DNA of 64,000 nt from the human T2T-CHM13v2.0 reference genome, Homo sapiens: NCBI RefSeq assembly GCF_009914755.1, contig NC_060936.1. One strand, written 5' to 3'. This document shows positions 46,836-59,697 of the stretch, one piece after another. The notes beneath the pieces are model-generated. The model searched no databases. It saw only the letters and a list, made by a program, of their open reading frames with translations, and was not told where the DNA came from. The position numbers and the translations under genes were made by a program. How positions within the stretch are numbered: position 1 is the stretch's first letter; each line of letters begins with the position of its first letter.

Positions 46836-47446
46836 CTTAGATAGGGGAAGAGATGAGGGTAAGAAATCTTTTTTAAAAATTAAGAAAGAATACAAGACCT
46901 TGTCACTGGACTAAAAGGGAATCTAGGATGAGATCTGAGGGTTTCTCCCCCACCGGCAGGACCAAAATTGGGGGAAAAAATCTGGAGAAAAAGAGCCCTG
47001 AGAGAGAGGCCTAGGGAGAAAGGAAGAAGGACAGGGAGGGGAGTCGACCAAAGGCAGAGGAAATGGCAAGGGGAGGTGGCCGGGCTCAGTGATGAGGCCT
47101 CACCGGGCGCTGGGCCTGGGGGCTGGAAGGGAGGAGACAGGTTTCTGGTCTCCCTTCTGGAGTGGCTTCTTTCCTCGATGGGAGCCCGGGGCAGTACTGA
47201 GGACCAGTCGAGGAAGGAGCAGACATGGGTGGACCCACAGAAAAGCAAGAGGGCAGCGGACCTTCTGAGTGGGGGAAGACCGGGGTCAAGGTTTACGGCA
47301 GGACTGTGGTTACTGTGCTGGGGCTTGTAGATGGAGGGATGGAGGGTATCTGTGTATGTGTGTGTGCACGTGTGTGTGTGCAGAGTGGGGGATGGCTCAG
47401 GCATTAGGACAGGGGACAGAAAGGGAGGGGCTCCTTTAAGGCCTGC

Positions 47447-47755
47447 CTGCATCGGGGGGAAGAGCGGGTCCTCATCAGTCTGGCAGCCCACGGACCTCAT
47501 GGTGTGGGGTGCAGGAATGGGAAGGGCAGGGCCCTGCACCCCCTCATCATGGGGCTCTTCCCCTGCACTCTGGACCCCAGAAGAACCACAGGTATAAGCT
47601 GAGGGCCCCAGGGGGGAGGAGGCGAGCAGGCTGGGCAGGGGAGAAGAGCTGCTGGCCGCGGCGTCTGTGCGATGCTGGAGCAAAGGGACAGAAGGAGAAG
47701 CCAGGACAGAGATGGTTCTTCTCAGGGGAATGGGAGAGCCAGGAGGGAAGACAAC
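47447..47755 (-). CDS. PXN: PXN long-isoform cassette exon C, 103 aa (VVFPPGSPIPLRRT...RSVGCQTDEDPLFPPMQ)
   Basis: Polypyrimidine CCCCAG acceptor, CAG|GCAGGC donor, 309 nt, phase 0/0. Confidence 0.78.
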
Positions 47756-48014
47756 CTGGGGAGAAGAAAGGAGGGAGAGCGATGAGGAAGAAATCGCCAG
47801 CTCAGCCCACAGGGGTGGCGGGACCTCCCCAGGCTCCCCCTGGGCCTTCCCACTCTGCACCAAGAGTGGGGCCAGTCTTCCAAAGTCACAGGAGGCAAGA
47901 AACCCCCACCCTCTCCCCAGATCTCCCCTCCGGCCAGCACTGGGGCCAGGGAAGAACCCGGACCCCAGGTGCTTGGCTCTGGCCCAGCCCCAGCCATGGG
48001 CATCTCCTCGCCAC

Positions 48015-48290
48015 CTTCTCTACGAGCTGCCCCCCGGCCCGCTTCCCACGTGGCTGCACAGTGATGATGACGCCCTCGGTCAGCCAGTCCTGGGCAGAGG
48101 GCCCCGCCGCCTCCGCCGGCTCCTCTGCCTCAGGCTGGATGCCCAGCCGCCCCTGCAGCTCCGCGATGAGCTGTTCCTGGGATGGGGTCCTGCTCAAGGT
48201 GGCAGGGTCCAGCCGGCGGCGAGGGGAGGGCTCCCGGGACATGGGGTGTGCGTGGCCAGACTCCCAGCTCCTCCTGATCACAGATCGGAT
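48015..48290 (-). CDS. PXN: PXN long-isoform cassette exon B, 92 aa (IRSVIRRSWESGHAHPMSREPSPRRRLDP...QLVEK)
   Basis: CCCCTAG acceptor, AAG|GTGGCG donor, 276 nt, phase 0/0. Confidence 0.82.
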
Positions 48291-48735
48291 CTAGGGGGAG
48301 GGGGAGGGGAGGCTGTCACCGTCCCACTCCCAGCTTGCACAACGCTGCTCAGGCCACACTCAGATGCCTCAGGAGAGGGAGCACAAAAGAAAACCACCAA
48401 AGAACCAAGCGGAGGTGGGTGGAGGCACGGGGAGGGGGCAGATTGGACCGGTGGAGGTGGGTAGAGGCAAGGGGAGGGGGCAGATCGGACTGGCTCCAGA
48501 AGCACAGGCTGCGAGCGAGACCTCTGACCCAGCATTCACCTCTAAGTTGGCCACTGACCTTGGGCAAGACACTTAATTGCCATGGGCCTCAGCTTCCCCT
48601 TCCTTAAAATGGAACCACAAGATTTTCTTGGCTTACCGCACAGGGTTTGCACAAGAATTATTCCAGAGGATGTAAGTGCATGCCCTTGACAAGGCATACG
48701 GCTTTTTCTTTTTTCTTTTTTTTAATTTATAATAG

Positions 48736-50120
<1,385 letters not shown>

Positions 50121-50378
50121 CCACATCAGAATGTCAAGGACAGCTCATCTGAAAGGAAAAAGCCTCAACAAGGCAAGAGGTGGGTTGACGCTATGAGAAA
50201 TGCTGGGTCCACAGAGCCCACTGCCAAGTGCTGACTGTCAGGTCCGGCCACAGTGTCTCAGCATTTTCTGCCCAAGCAGACATGCGCAGAGTGGGAGGCT
50301 GCATGCAGTTAGCGAGGAGCGGCCCACACTCAGACCCGCCAATGGCCATGCCCAGCAGCCATGCGAGCTGGTGCCTGC

Positions 50379-51263
50379 CTGGCCAGAGGTGGAAATCCTC
50401 TCCGTGGTGCTGGGTGTGCCCATGGCCATGGCACATGGAAGCTCTGGCTGTTCCTTCCCGTCCTGGGTGGCAGCTTCCGTGGTGCCCTCTGGGCTCCTTG
50501 GGGTTTCAGGTCCCTGGGTTGGCCTGGCCACACTTCCCCTCTCGGTCATCTTTGCACCTAGCTGCTCCGTGGTAACTGAGGCAGGGGAGCTGCTTCCCAG
50601 CCTCCCTGGCTCTGGCCTTGGCCTCTCCTGCTGTAGGCCATGTTCCTCCGTGAGAGTCCAGGTATCTGGGAAGATGGCCTGCCGGTCCACTGCCACTACA
50701 GCTGGCTCTGTTACTTCTTGGAAGCTTCGAGCAGCTCCAGAGGGGGGCATTCTCTCAGGCCCGAATACCTCCGAAGCCCATGGCTGCTCCCATGTGGCAG
50801 CCAAGGCCTCCTCTGGGCACGAAGGGCTGGCTGGTGGCCCCTGGGGCTCCCCAGGCTCTTGGAGAGCTGTGCTCCCAGCACAGGGTACAGTGTGGCAGCG
50901 GGGAGCCCCAGAGAGCTCACTTGTGATGGTCGGCAGGTGCCTCCAATCTCGACCCTGACTCTCTGTGCCCACTGCCCACAGAGAACCCTCCACAGAGGGA
51001 GACCTTGAGTTGAAGGTGTCAGGCATCACCCCAAGACCAGCCAAATCAAGCCAGCTGGGGGCTACAGGAGGTAGAAGGCCTCGTCCACTCTGCTCAGTAC
51101 AAGGGAACTCCGGAGTGTGGCCCTGGCCTCGAGGGGAGGGTATAGTGGTGGGTGGCAGAAATACAGATGGCATGGGAGGAGGAGAAGGAGGAAGGGAGCA
51201 GTATGAGGACGGAGCAGAGCTGGACAGCCCCGGGGCACTCAGAGCCACAGTGGAGGAGCTGGT
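50379..51263 (-). CDS. PXN: PXN long-isoform cassette exon A, 295 aa (TSSSTVALSAPG...TTERISTSGQ)
   Basis: TTTCTCTCTTCTCCAG acceptor, 885-nt open frame, CAG|GCAGGC donor, phase 0/0. Confidence 0.8.
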
Positions 51264-52794
51264 CTGGAGAAGAGAGAAATGCAGAGGGGAGAGGAGAGAG
51301 AGAGATGAGGGGAGTGAGGACGGCTGCACCTTGCAGGCGGTGGGCTCGGCCTTAGGGCTGACCAAGGTGGCTGCAAAGCTGACGCACAGGACTGACCCTT
51401 GAAGGAGACCCAGACCCCAAAAAAGCTTCCCTGGGCTTTGCGTGCTTAGCCCTCACCAAACCCAAGCAAGAGAAAGCAGCCACCAAGCCGTGCCTGTGGA
51501 GCCACCCAGGGAGGGTATGAGAAAGAAAAGACCACGGTAAGGTGGACAAATGGGGAGCCAGGTGGCTACGGAAGACAGCCCCAGGCACAAATGGAGGGAG
51601 AGCCAGCCCCAGGGGCTGCTGAACCCGCCTCGGACACTGGCCCAACTCGGCCATGTCCCTCCGGACAATCCCAGCTTTCCTACACCCCAAGTCCTCTACG
51701 TCTTCCACATCCTTGCTCCAGGGATCTGACTAAAACCACTGCTGCTTCTCCTGGCATCAGGACACAGGCTGTCTGAGAAAACGGCAGCCTTAAAAGCACC
51801 GGGGCACAGCTCCCTCAGGCCAGGCCCTGAATCCAACTTACTTGCTTCTGACCATGGCTGCTCAGAACCACTGGCCTGGAGCTGGAACTATAGCACGCAA
51901 GGGTCACAGGGCCAGGCTCAACCCTCCACCCCAGCCACACTCCTGTCTCCCACCATGAAACCTCAGCTGAAGGGAGGCTAGGAGACACCATCAGGGCCAA
52001 GGGTGCAGGGACCGTTCACTCCCCTCTCATATTCCCTAGGTCATGCCCCAAAGGTCTCCAGCTGACCCACGTGGAAGTATGAAGTCAGCAGCTGCTGGTG
52101 AGTTCTGTCAATATCAATCCCCAAGGAAACACTGAATCCTCTAAATTAAACATCTCAGGCCTGGCAGGACTGGGGAGGCCCAGCAGGGGAGGGGAAGGGC
52201 AGGTACCTCGTGCAAGCCTGGCCCCATGGTTTCCCACAGACACGCTCGTGGGAACTCAGAGGCCCTGGAGGGCGAGAGGGAAGGATGGGAGAAGAGTAGC
52301 AAGGGAGGCTTGTGGATTCAGGATCAGAGGCAGAAAGAAAGAGGATGTGTTGAGGACAGCTAGCGTGGGAGATGGGGCTCCAGGGCAAATGACCTCCCAG
52401 GCACAGGCTCCCAAGTCCCACATGGCCCAGCAGAGAATGCCCTCCCCCACCCAGAGCAGCCATCAACACAAGGTTCTTTGTCCCAGCGTCCCAGCCTCCT
52501 GATCCCCTCGACCTGAGAGGCTGGGAGCACCCAGGGAGGAAGGAATGTCCCAGCTGAGCACTTCTCCAGCTTGTCTGCCTTCACTGGCTACTGCAATCCT
52601 CAGGCAGGCTGACCCGGCCCTCCCTCCCCATCTCCTGGCATCACAGCAAGGCCAGGGCATGACAGTGTCCCTGGCTCAGGGGCAAGGCACCCAAACACTG
52701 AGATGCCAAGATCCAGCTACCCACACTGAGGTAAGGGAGGAGAAGGATGAGGGAGGGGCGGCAGGGCAGGGAAGATGGAGGGTTCACAGGGCAC

Positions 52795-52930
52795 CTTGAA
52801 ATCCGACAGCGAAGCCATCAGCTCGTCCAGCTCCCTGGTGGCAGAGGAGGCCGAGATGCGTGTCTGCTGTTGGGTGGAGGTGACGCGCTGCGGGCTGCTC
52901 ATCTCGCCCTGGTTCACAGTGATGGCAGGG
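52795..52930 (-). CDS. PXN: PXN exon 6 with LD4 (PAITVNQGEMSSPQR...ELDELMASLSDFK)
   Basis: CTGCAG acceptor, AAG|GTGCC donor, 136 nt. Confidence 0.97.
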
Positions 52931-53720
52931 CTGCAGGGTGGGCACAGCATCAGTGGGGAGCCCACAGTCAGCCCCACACTTCCCGGGGATCAGATCGACC
53001 TCTCACCTCGGACACTGGGGTCTCACCATCCCCAACCCCAGGGAGGTCCACCAGCTCCCTGTCTCTCCTGGGGACCCATCACTGGGTCAGAAGAAAGGGC
53101 AGTTCAATGGCACCAGGAAGTGCCAGGAAGACTCCTCTAGCCCCCAGCCCAAGTGAAAGCTGGCCTGCGAAACAAGCCCAAGCGCCCTGTGTTTCCTCCA
53201 CAACACTGGACATGGAGGTGAGGCTACTGCAGTAACACGACGGCACTGGTAAGAGCTCGCGTGTTGGGCACTCACCATGTGTGCCACGCACTACACACCA
53301 GAAACCATTCCAAGCGCTTTACATGGATTACTGGTTCTCACCCTTACTGAGGTAGGTGGTCTTATTCCAGTGATCCCATAAGTTCTTGTCCCATTTTACA
53401 GATGGGAAAACTAAGGCTTGAGAGCTGACAGTAACTGTCAGAGCCAAGATGTGAACCCCACTGTGTGGCCCCAAAGCCTGTGCTAAGAGCTGCTAAGCTC
53501 CAGGCGCCCTCAGCCTGCACAACGTCTGTCCTTTCTGACTGGCAGTGACTGGCTGAAGGCAGGGATGGTGTCCATGTGACTCACCACTATCCCCCCAGTG
53601 CCTGGCAAATGGCAGACACGGGAGGGAGTGGGTGATACCAGGGCTAAGGGGACAGACACTGGACCCGGGGCAGGCTGGGCCAGCCCTTCCCCACCTGGGG
53701 AGGGCCCAGTGGGTACTCAC

Positions 53721-53922
53721 ACGGGGCTGGGCACGGAGCTCTCCAGTTCATCCAAGAGACTCTCCACACTGGGCCGCACGTCCTCCAGGCCCCGGCCCCC
53801 ATTCCGCTTAGGCTTCTCTTTCGTCAGGGGCCCAGCTTTGCCTCCCAAGGGGCTGTTAGTCTCTGGGACACCATAGAGGGGGCTCAGGGCCCCAGGAAGC
53901 GGGGGGCTTGAGTTGGCCTCAT
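53721..53922 (-). CDS. PXN: PXN exon 5 with LD3 (DEANSSPPLPGALSPLYGVP...VESLLDELESSVPSPV)
   Basis: TGCAAG acceptor, GT|GTGAG donor, 202 nt. Confidence 0.95.
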
Positions 53923-54034
53923 CTTGCAGAGAGGAGAGAAAAAGGCTGCTCAGCCCTTGAGCCCTCCTGGGATCTAGAGGTCAGCAGATGGGCCCTGGGC
54001 CCTGGTAGACCCTGCCCCAGGGACCCGGTCCTAC

Positions 54035-54171
54035 CTGCAGGGAAGCCTGGCGGGTTATGCTGTACAGCGTTCAGTTCCAGCAGCAGGCGGTCGAGTTCAG
54101 AAAGGTTGCTGCCCAGGGACGTGCTCATTACGGTGGGTGAAGGCTCAGCTGATTTCTGCTTGTTGGGGAAG
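54035..54171 (-). CDS. PXN: PXN exon 4 with LD2 (FPNKQKSAEPSPTVMSTSLGSNLSELDRLLLELNAVQHNPPGFPA)
   Basis: CTCAAAG acceptor, G|GTAGG donor, 137 nt. Confidence 0.96.
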
Positions 54172-54332
54172 CTTTGAGAGGCAAAGGAAAGAAGATAGTG
54201 AGAGATGCTTTCTGGCCTTGTACTGGCTTGGCAGTTCCCAGATTCCCAAGGAGAACAAGGCAGAGGAGATGCGAAGTCTTCCCCCGCAAGAGGACAGAGG
54301 GTAGGGAAGGGATGTGGTAAGAAGAGGGGAGG

Positions 54333-54664
<332 letters not shown>

Positions 54665-54889
54665 TCAGCTACACGGAGATGCTGTGATAGCCCAGAATGT
54701 CCACTGCATGGAGATGGCACTGATGAGGTAGACGGGCCCACCGACAGGCCTTCTGCAGCTTAAACCAGAATAACCCCACAAGGCCCAGTTGCTATGCCTG
54801 CTCCCGGGCCTCCGCTGCCTCCCACCCTGGCCAGGTCCCTGAGATTTCTAAGCAGGAGGGAAGGTGCCCTGGGCAGACTGGGGCAGTAC

Positions 54890-55005
54890 CTGTAGACGTG
54901 CTCCTCCTCACCCACTCGGGAGCACGGAGAGCCAACACTGTCCTGAGGGTTGGAGACACTGGAAGTTTTGGCACTGGAGCCGTACACAGGTGATGAGGAC
55001 TGAGG
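54890..55005 (-). CDS. PXN: PXN exon 3 (PQSSSPVYGSSAKTSS...EEEHVY, includes Y118)
   Basis: CTCGCAG acceptor, AG|GTAC donor, 116 nt. Confidence 0.96.
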
Positions 55006-55322
55006 CTGCGAGAAGGAGAATGCTCAGAGGCTACCCCGAGGGGAGAAAAAGGAACAGGGGCCAGGAGCAGCTCCAGTCACCCCCAGGAGGCTCCTGCCCA
55101 CAGCCAGTCTCACCAGGGAATTTCCACAGTTGGGCCAGGAAACCTGTGATTAACCACTTGGTCACTGTTCCACTCACGTGGTGAGTGGGAAGAGCAGTGT
55201 CTGGTTGGGAAGGGTCGACTGCCCCAATTCCATTCCATCCCCTGGCTCCCTAAGCCCCTGCCAGCTAAGTTCCCTCTGTCCCCCAGCCTCCTTGGCCTTC
55301 CCAGCCACTGTCCCCGCCTCAC

Positions 55323-55549
55323 CTGCTGGTGGATGAATCGGGAGCCGCTGGGCTGCCACTGGTCTAAGGGGTCAAGGATTGTGCCATTGAGGGCCTCGCT
55401 GGACGGGGGTGGGGGGACGGGGGGTGGCACGGCAATCTCCTGGTATGTGTGGTTTCCAGTTGGGTATGAGTAGGGGGTCTCCTCCGACAAGAACACAGGC
55501 CGTTTGGAGATGTGGGAGGTGGTAGACTCCAAGTCCGCCAGCAGGGCGT
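55323..55549 (-). CDS. PXN: PXN exon 2 with most of LD1, Y31 and the proline-rich SH3 ligand (DALLADLES...PPPVPPPP...FIHQQ)
   Basis: TTTGCAG acceptor (phase 1), CAG|GTGAG donor, 227 nt; canonical exon 1 lies beyond the right edge. Confidence 0.97.
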
Positions 55550-57533
55550 CTGCAAAGAGAAGGCACGGGTAGCAGGTGAGAACCGGGATCCTGGGGACTC
55601 TCCCGTGGCAGGGCCCTCCCTGCCTGCACCTCAAGAGTTAATGCCTTCTAGCACCTGCCCCACCCATGGGAGAAATGACCAGCCTTGGGACAGGAAGCCA
55701 CCAGCCCCGACCAGCCTAACCAAGAGCCGGCTCCCAAAGCTAACTTCTTCTGGCCACCCAGGACTGAAAGTGCTCTAGAGGCGGGCTCTGGGGCTGCCCT
55801 GTGGGATCTCCTACCTCTGGGAGTCAGGCACCTGGCACTGCGTTCCCTCCTGACAGGGCCGCGCAGCCGCGAGTGAAGTGCCTGTCTGGAACTCTGAATC
55901 TGCAGGGCAACGCGGAGAGAATGGGCGGGAGGGGCCCCACGTCACAGGGAGGGGCCCTGGCTATGCCAGGCCCTCACTTGATTTCTAAGAGCTTAGGCTT
56001 TCCCAGCCCCCGACTGGAAGGGGCACTCAGGATGGTCCCTGCCCTCCTAACCAGGTGGAAGCAGAAGCCCAGGCTCCAGGTTCCTCCTGAGGCTCTAGGC
56101 TTATGGGGTAAGGTGTGCGGGGAGGTGGGGGCTGGAGTGAGGCTGGTGCAGCGGTCCCCACCCCCTCAGTGAGCAGGGGGCAAGACTGCTCCATTGGCTG
56201 TTTCTGCGGAAGTCTGGCAAGCAGCCCGGCCCCAGAGGCTCCAGGCCCCCACTGTTCTGCTTTTAACAGCGGCAAGGGAGCCAAATCAGCCCTCTAGTGT
56301 AAGCTTCCATTACCCTGGCACCTGGCAGCCAACAGGGGGGCACTAGGTCTCCCCAGTCTCCAGAAAAGAAGGGTATAGAAGGGCAGGAGTAGGACCTGCT
56401 GACCCCCACTTCCTCCATCCCCTCCTGGGACCCTCAACAGCCCCACGGCTCAGACAGCCTGGCCCTGGATGCCACACCCTCATTCCTGCCCCGTTCACAA
56501 CTTGCTTGCTCTCAGCTCCCCGGTAACCTGCTGGGTCCAGGGAGCTGACAGCTTGATCCCTAGCCCTCAGGATAATAAACATCTAAAAAGCAATGGCTGC
56601 GTTTATTGCCACTTATCAGTAGCAGGCAGACTGCTAGGCATTCTAGCAGCATGTACAAGGTCTCCGTTAATCCCCCTAATACCCCCTGTAGCTGGAAATG
56701 ATTCTCCCCGAAGCGATGAGGAAAGCCGGGCTTGGAGAGGCAGAGGTCAGAGGTGTTTGCTCCAAATAACAAAGCCAGTGAGTGGCACAATTGTCTGACT
56801 CCTCAGAAGCCCCAAACCCCAAAAACCTGGCCTGTAAGAGGCCACTATGACTACCAGATGATGCCATACTTAAAGGGTTCAACTTCCTGAATGTTGGAGG
56901 CCCAAGCTGTGAGGCCTGCCAGTGTGATCCTTCCTTGTGGCCTTGCTCCCAGTCCCCCAACCTGTGTTCAGAGGAGGGAATAGAGAAGCAAGGCCCTCAC
57001 CCAGGGCCTCGGTCTATGGGGCCACACCTTGTCCCAGCTGCCTGTCCTGATCTCCTACCCTCAAGGCTGGCCACACCTACCCCATGCTCCTGCCCAGATG
57101 GACAGAGGGGATGTCTGTTCCAAGGCCCAGGACCCCGGGTCTGGTCGCCTGACCTCCAAGGAAGTTCAGGTCCTACAGCCCGCCCCGCCCTCCGGGTCCC
57201 ATGGAGGAGGCCTGGCTTCCTGTCTCTAGCAAACCGGAACTAGAGGGAGTTGGTAGGTATCTAGGTAACGGCAGAAAAGGAACCAGTGTCCAGGCCAATC
57301 CCCACGGCCTCTCCAGGGCCACACCTGCTGTCTTGGCTTCACGCAGTGTCCTCATTTCCTCTGGGCCCAATCAGCAATGGGTGGATCCCTCTTTCTCCAC
57401 CATGGGCAGGGCCAGCTAAGAAACCCCATAGGACTCCCCAGAGCAGGCAACGAATGAGTGCAACCCCAGTAGGGGGCAGGAGCAGCTGCCATCCTTGAAG
57501 GCCCACTGGGGCCAGGAGCTTCACCTTTGTTAC

Positions 57534-57540
57534 CTGCCAT
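57534..57540 (-). CDS. PXN: Candidate alternative PXN first-exon coding part (ATG GCA G|), giving [11 protein letters not shown]
   Basis: Strong Kozak AGGATGG directly followed by a phase-1 donor CAG|GTAACA compatible with exon 2. Confidence 0.6.
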
Positions 57541-58337
57541 CCTCACAACGCCACCAGCACAGATGGTATAACTGCGGTTCAGAGGCAGAGTCACATCCCA
57601 CACTGCCAAGGCTGGATGAAGTGACAATGCTGGACTCTGATCTCAGGTCTCTTGGACTCCAAACACCCAACAGAAGACAAATGGTCAGGCTTCCTTGTCA
57701 AACATTTTGAATCAGGGACTCCACCAAACACCCGCTCCACCACAATGTGATTCTAAGCCTGGGCTTTTGGTTTATGGATTGGATTCAGGTTTACAATGTC
57801 AACAGGCTCTTGGGAGCACAGATCCCTAGGCTGGTGAAGTATTGGTGAGAGGATGCAGTCCTGGGGCACAGAGACACAAGATCACTCATTCTGAGGTCGA
57901 GCCAGACCTGAGTTCAAGTGCCAGCTCCCCTCTCTACCATCCATGCCACAGGGCAAATCGCTTAGCTTCTCAGGGCCTGTTGTCTCAGTAAGCTCTTGAA
58001 TAACTCTGACCTCAAAGTACTGGTGTGAGGTTTATAAGGGCTAGCAGGTACACTGGAAGCTGCAGACATCAGTTGCAAATATCAGGCTCTCCAGACCCAA
58101 GTCACTCTGCAGGAGGAAGCTCCATAGCACATTGGAAGCTACAAACATCAGATCTGATTTGCTCTGTAAAATCCAGAATAAGGTCTTCCTCCAAGGAGAG
58201 CAGTGTAGGTAGGATGCAAAGTACTAACTTCTTCTAAGTCTCCTAAGTCTTTTCTGGGTAGAATATGAGCAAACCATGAAAAGGGCAACCTTGAAAAGAA
58301 AAGAAAAGTAATAAAGTAACATTCAAATTGTAGCATG

Positions 58338-58690
58338 TCCCAGCCTGGGCAAAACAGTGAGAGCCTGTCTCTACAAAAAATTTAAAAATTAGCTGGGTGT
58401 GGTGGCGCATGCCTATAGTCCCAGCTATTCAGGAGGCTGAGGTGGGAGGATCACTTGAGAACAGGAGTTGGAGATCGGCTTGGGCAACACAGTGAAACCC
58501 CATCTCTACAAAAAATTTAAAAATTAGCTGGGTGTGGTGATATGCGCCTGTAGTCCCAATTACTCAGGAGGCTGAGGCAGGAGGATTGCTTGAGCCCAGG
58601 AGGTCAAGACTACAGTGAGCTACAATTGCACCACTGCACTCTAGCCGGGGTGACAGAGCAAGACCCTGTCTTAAAAACAAACGAACAAAT
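58338..58690 (+). mobile_element. Composite AluJ-like element
   Basis: Degenerate Alu arms. Confidence 0.8.
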
Positions 58691-59683
58691 CATAGAGTGC
58701 AGATGTCAGGGAGAAGGCACATCATTATTCAGTTTTCTCCAAAGTTTTGTCTATTTGAGGGACAGAGAAAAACCCCAGCAAGTCCATCCACCAGCCACAG
58801 GGTCTCTGGTATGGCTTCCTCCTCTCTCTCCACCCTTCATTCTCACCTAGTGATTTGGACAGGCAAGGACTAGGCAAGAGGGGTAGGGGTTGGTGCCTCC
58901 AAACCCCCCACAAACTCCTCAAGAAAGAAAACCAGAAATACAGGAGGCAAGCCAACAGTAGACTCCTAGCTTTACTTTGATTTCCAATGGGTGCAAATAC
59001 CTGAGACTTCCCCATAGGCTGCAAAATGGTTAAGGGTCAGAGTCCCCTTGCAAGCTCAGCAAACGTCCCCCCTGGCTTGAGCAAACAGAGCTGGCAGACA
59101 CTGCACACAGGAAGGAGTCCACTTGAAGGCAGAGCCCCATCCCAGCGGGGTCCCCCAGTGTCCGGCTCCAGCCTTTCCCTCTGCTCTAAATATTCCTGCT
59201 CCTCATACCCCAAAGAAGGTGTCAGGCTATCCACTCTTCAGAGAAAATGGTACCCACTGAAACCATTCAAGACCAGGAATACACCCTCCCTTCCCACATG
59301 CTGGGAGGACAGATTCCAGACACGCTGCTCGGAAGTAGTCGGGAGACCTCATTCAAGCTAAGAAAGGCCTCAAATTTCCTTGGCATTACTCTACTAAGTT
59401 TCCAGGTCCAGGCCTGGGGCCCTCCAGACCCAAGTCACCCTGAAGGAGGAAGCTCTCTCTCTGGGGCTTCCCAACCACTTTCTGGAGGAAACCCACCCTG
59501 AATTCTGCAGGTTTTCTGTCTCTCTGGGCCAGCGGAAGTATGCAACATGAGGAGGTAGGCCAGGCTGTCTCGAGGCTGAGGGCAGGCTAGGTGCAAAGTC
59601 CCCAGCGAGCCATGGGCAAAGGCCACGGAGCTATGTCCTGGCTCCGCCCTGGTGAGGAAGGGGTGCAGACTGTCTGCTGCTCC

Positions 59684-59697
59684 CCACCAGAGGGCAC
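59684..59697 (+). promoter_or_regulatory. CTCF-type motif CCACCAGAGGGCAC in PXN intron 1
   Basis: Matches the CCASYAGRKGGCRS consensus. Confidence 0.55.
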
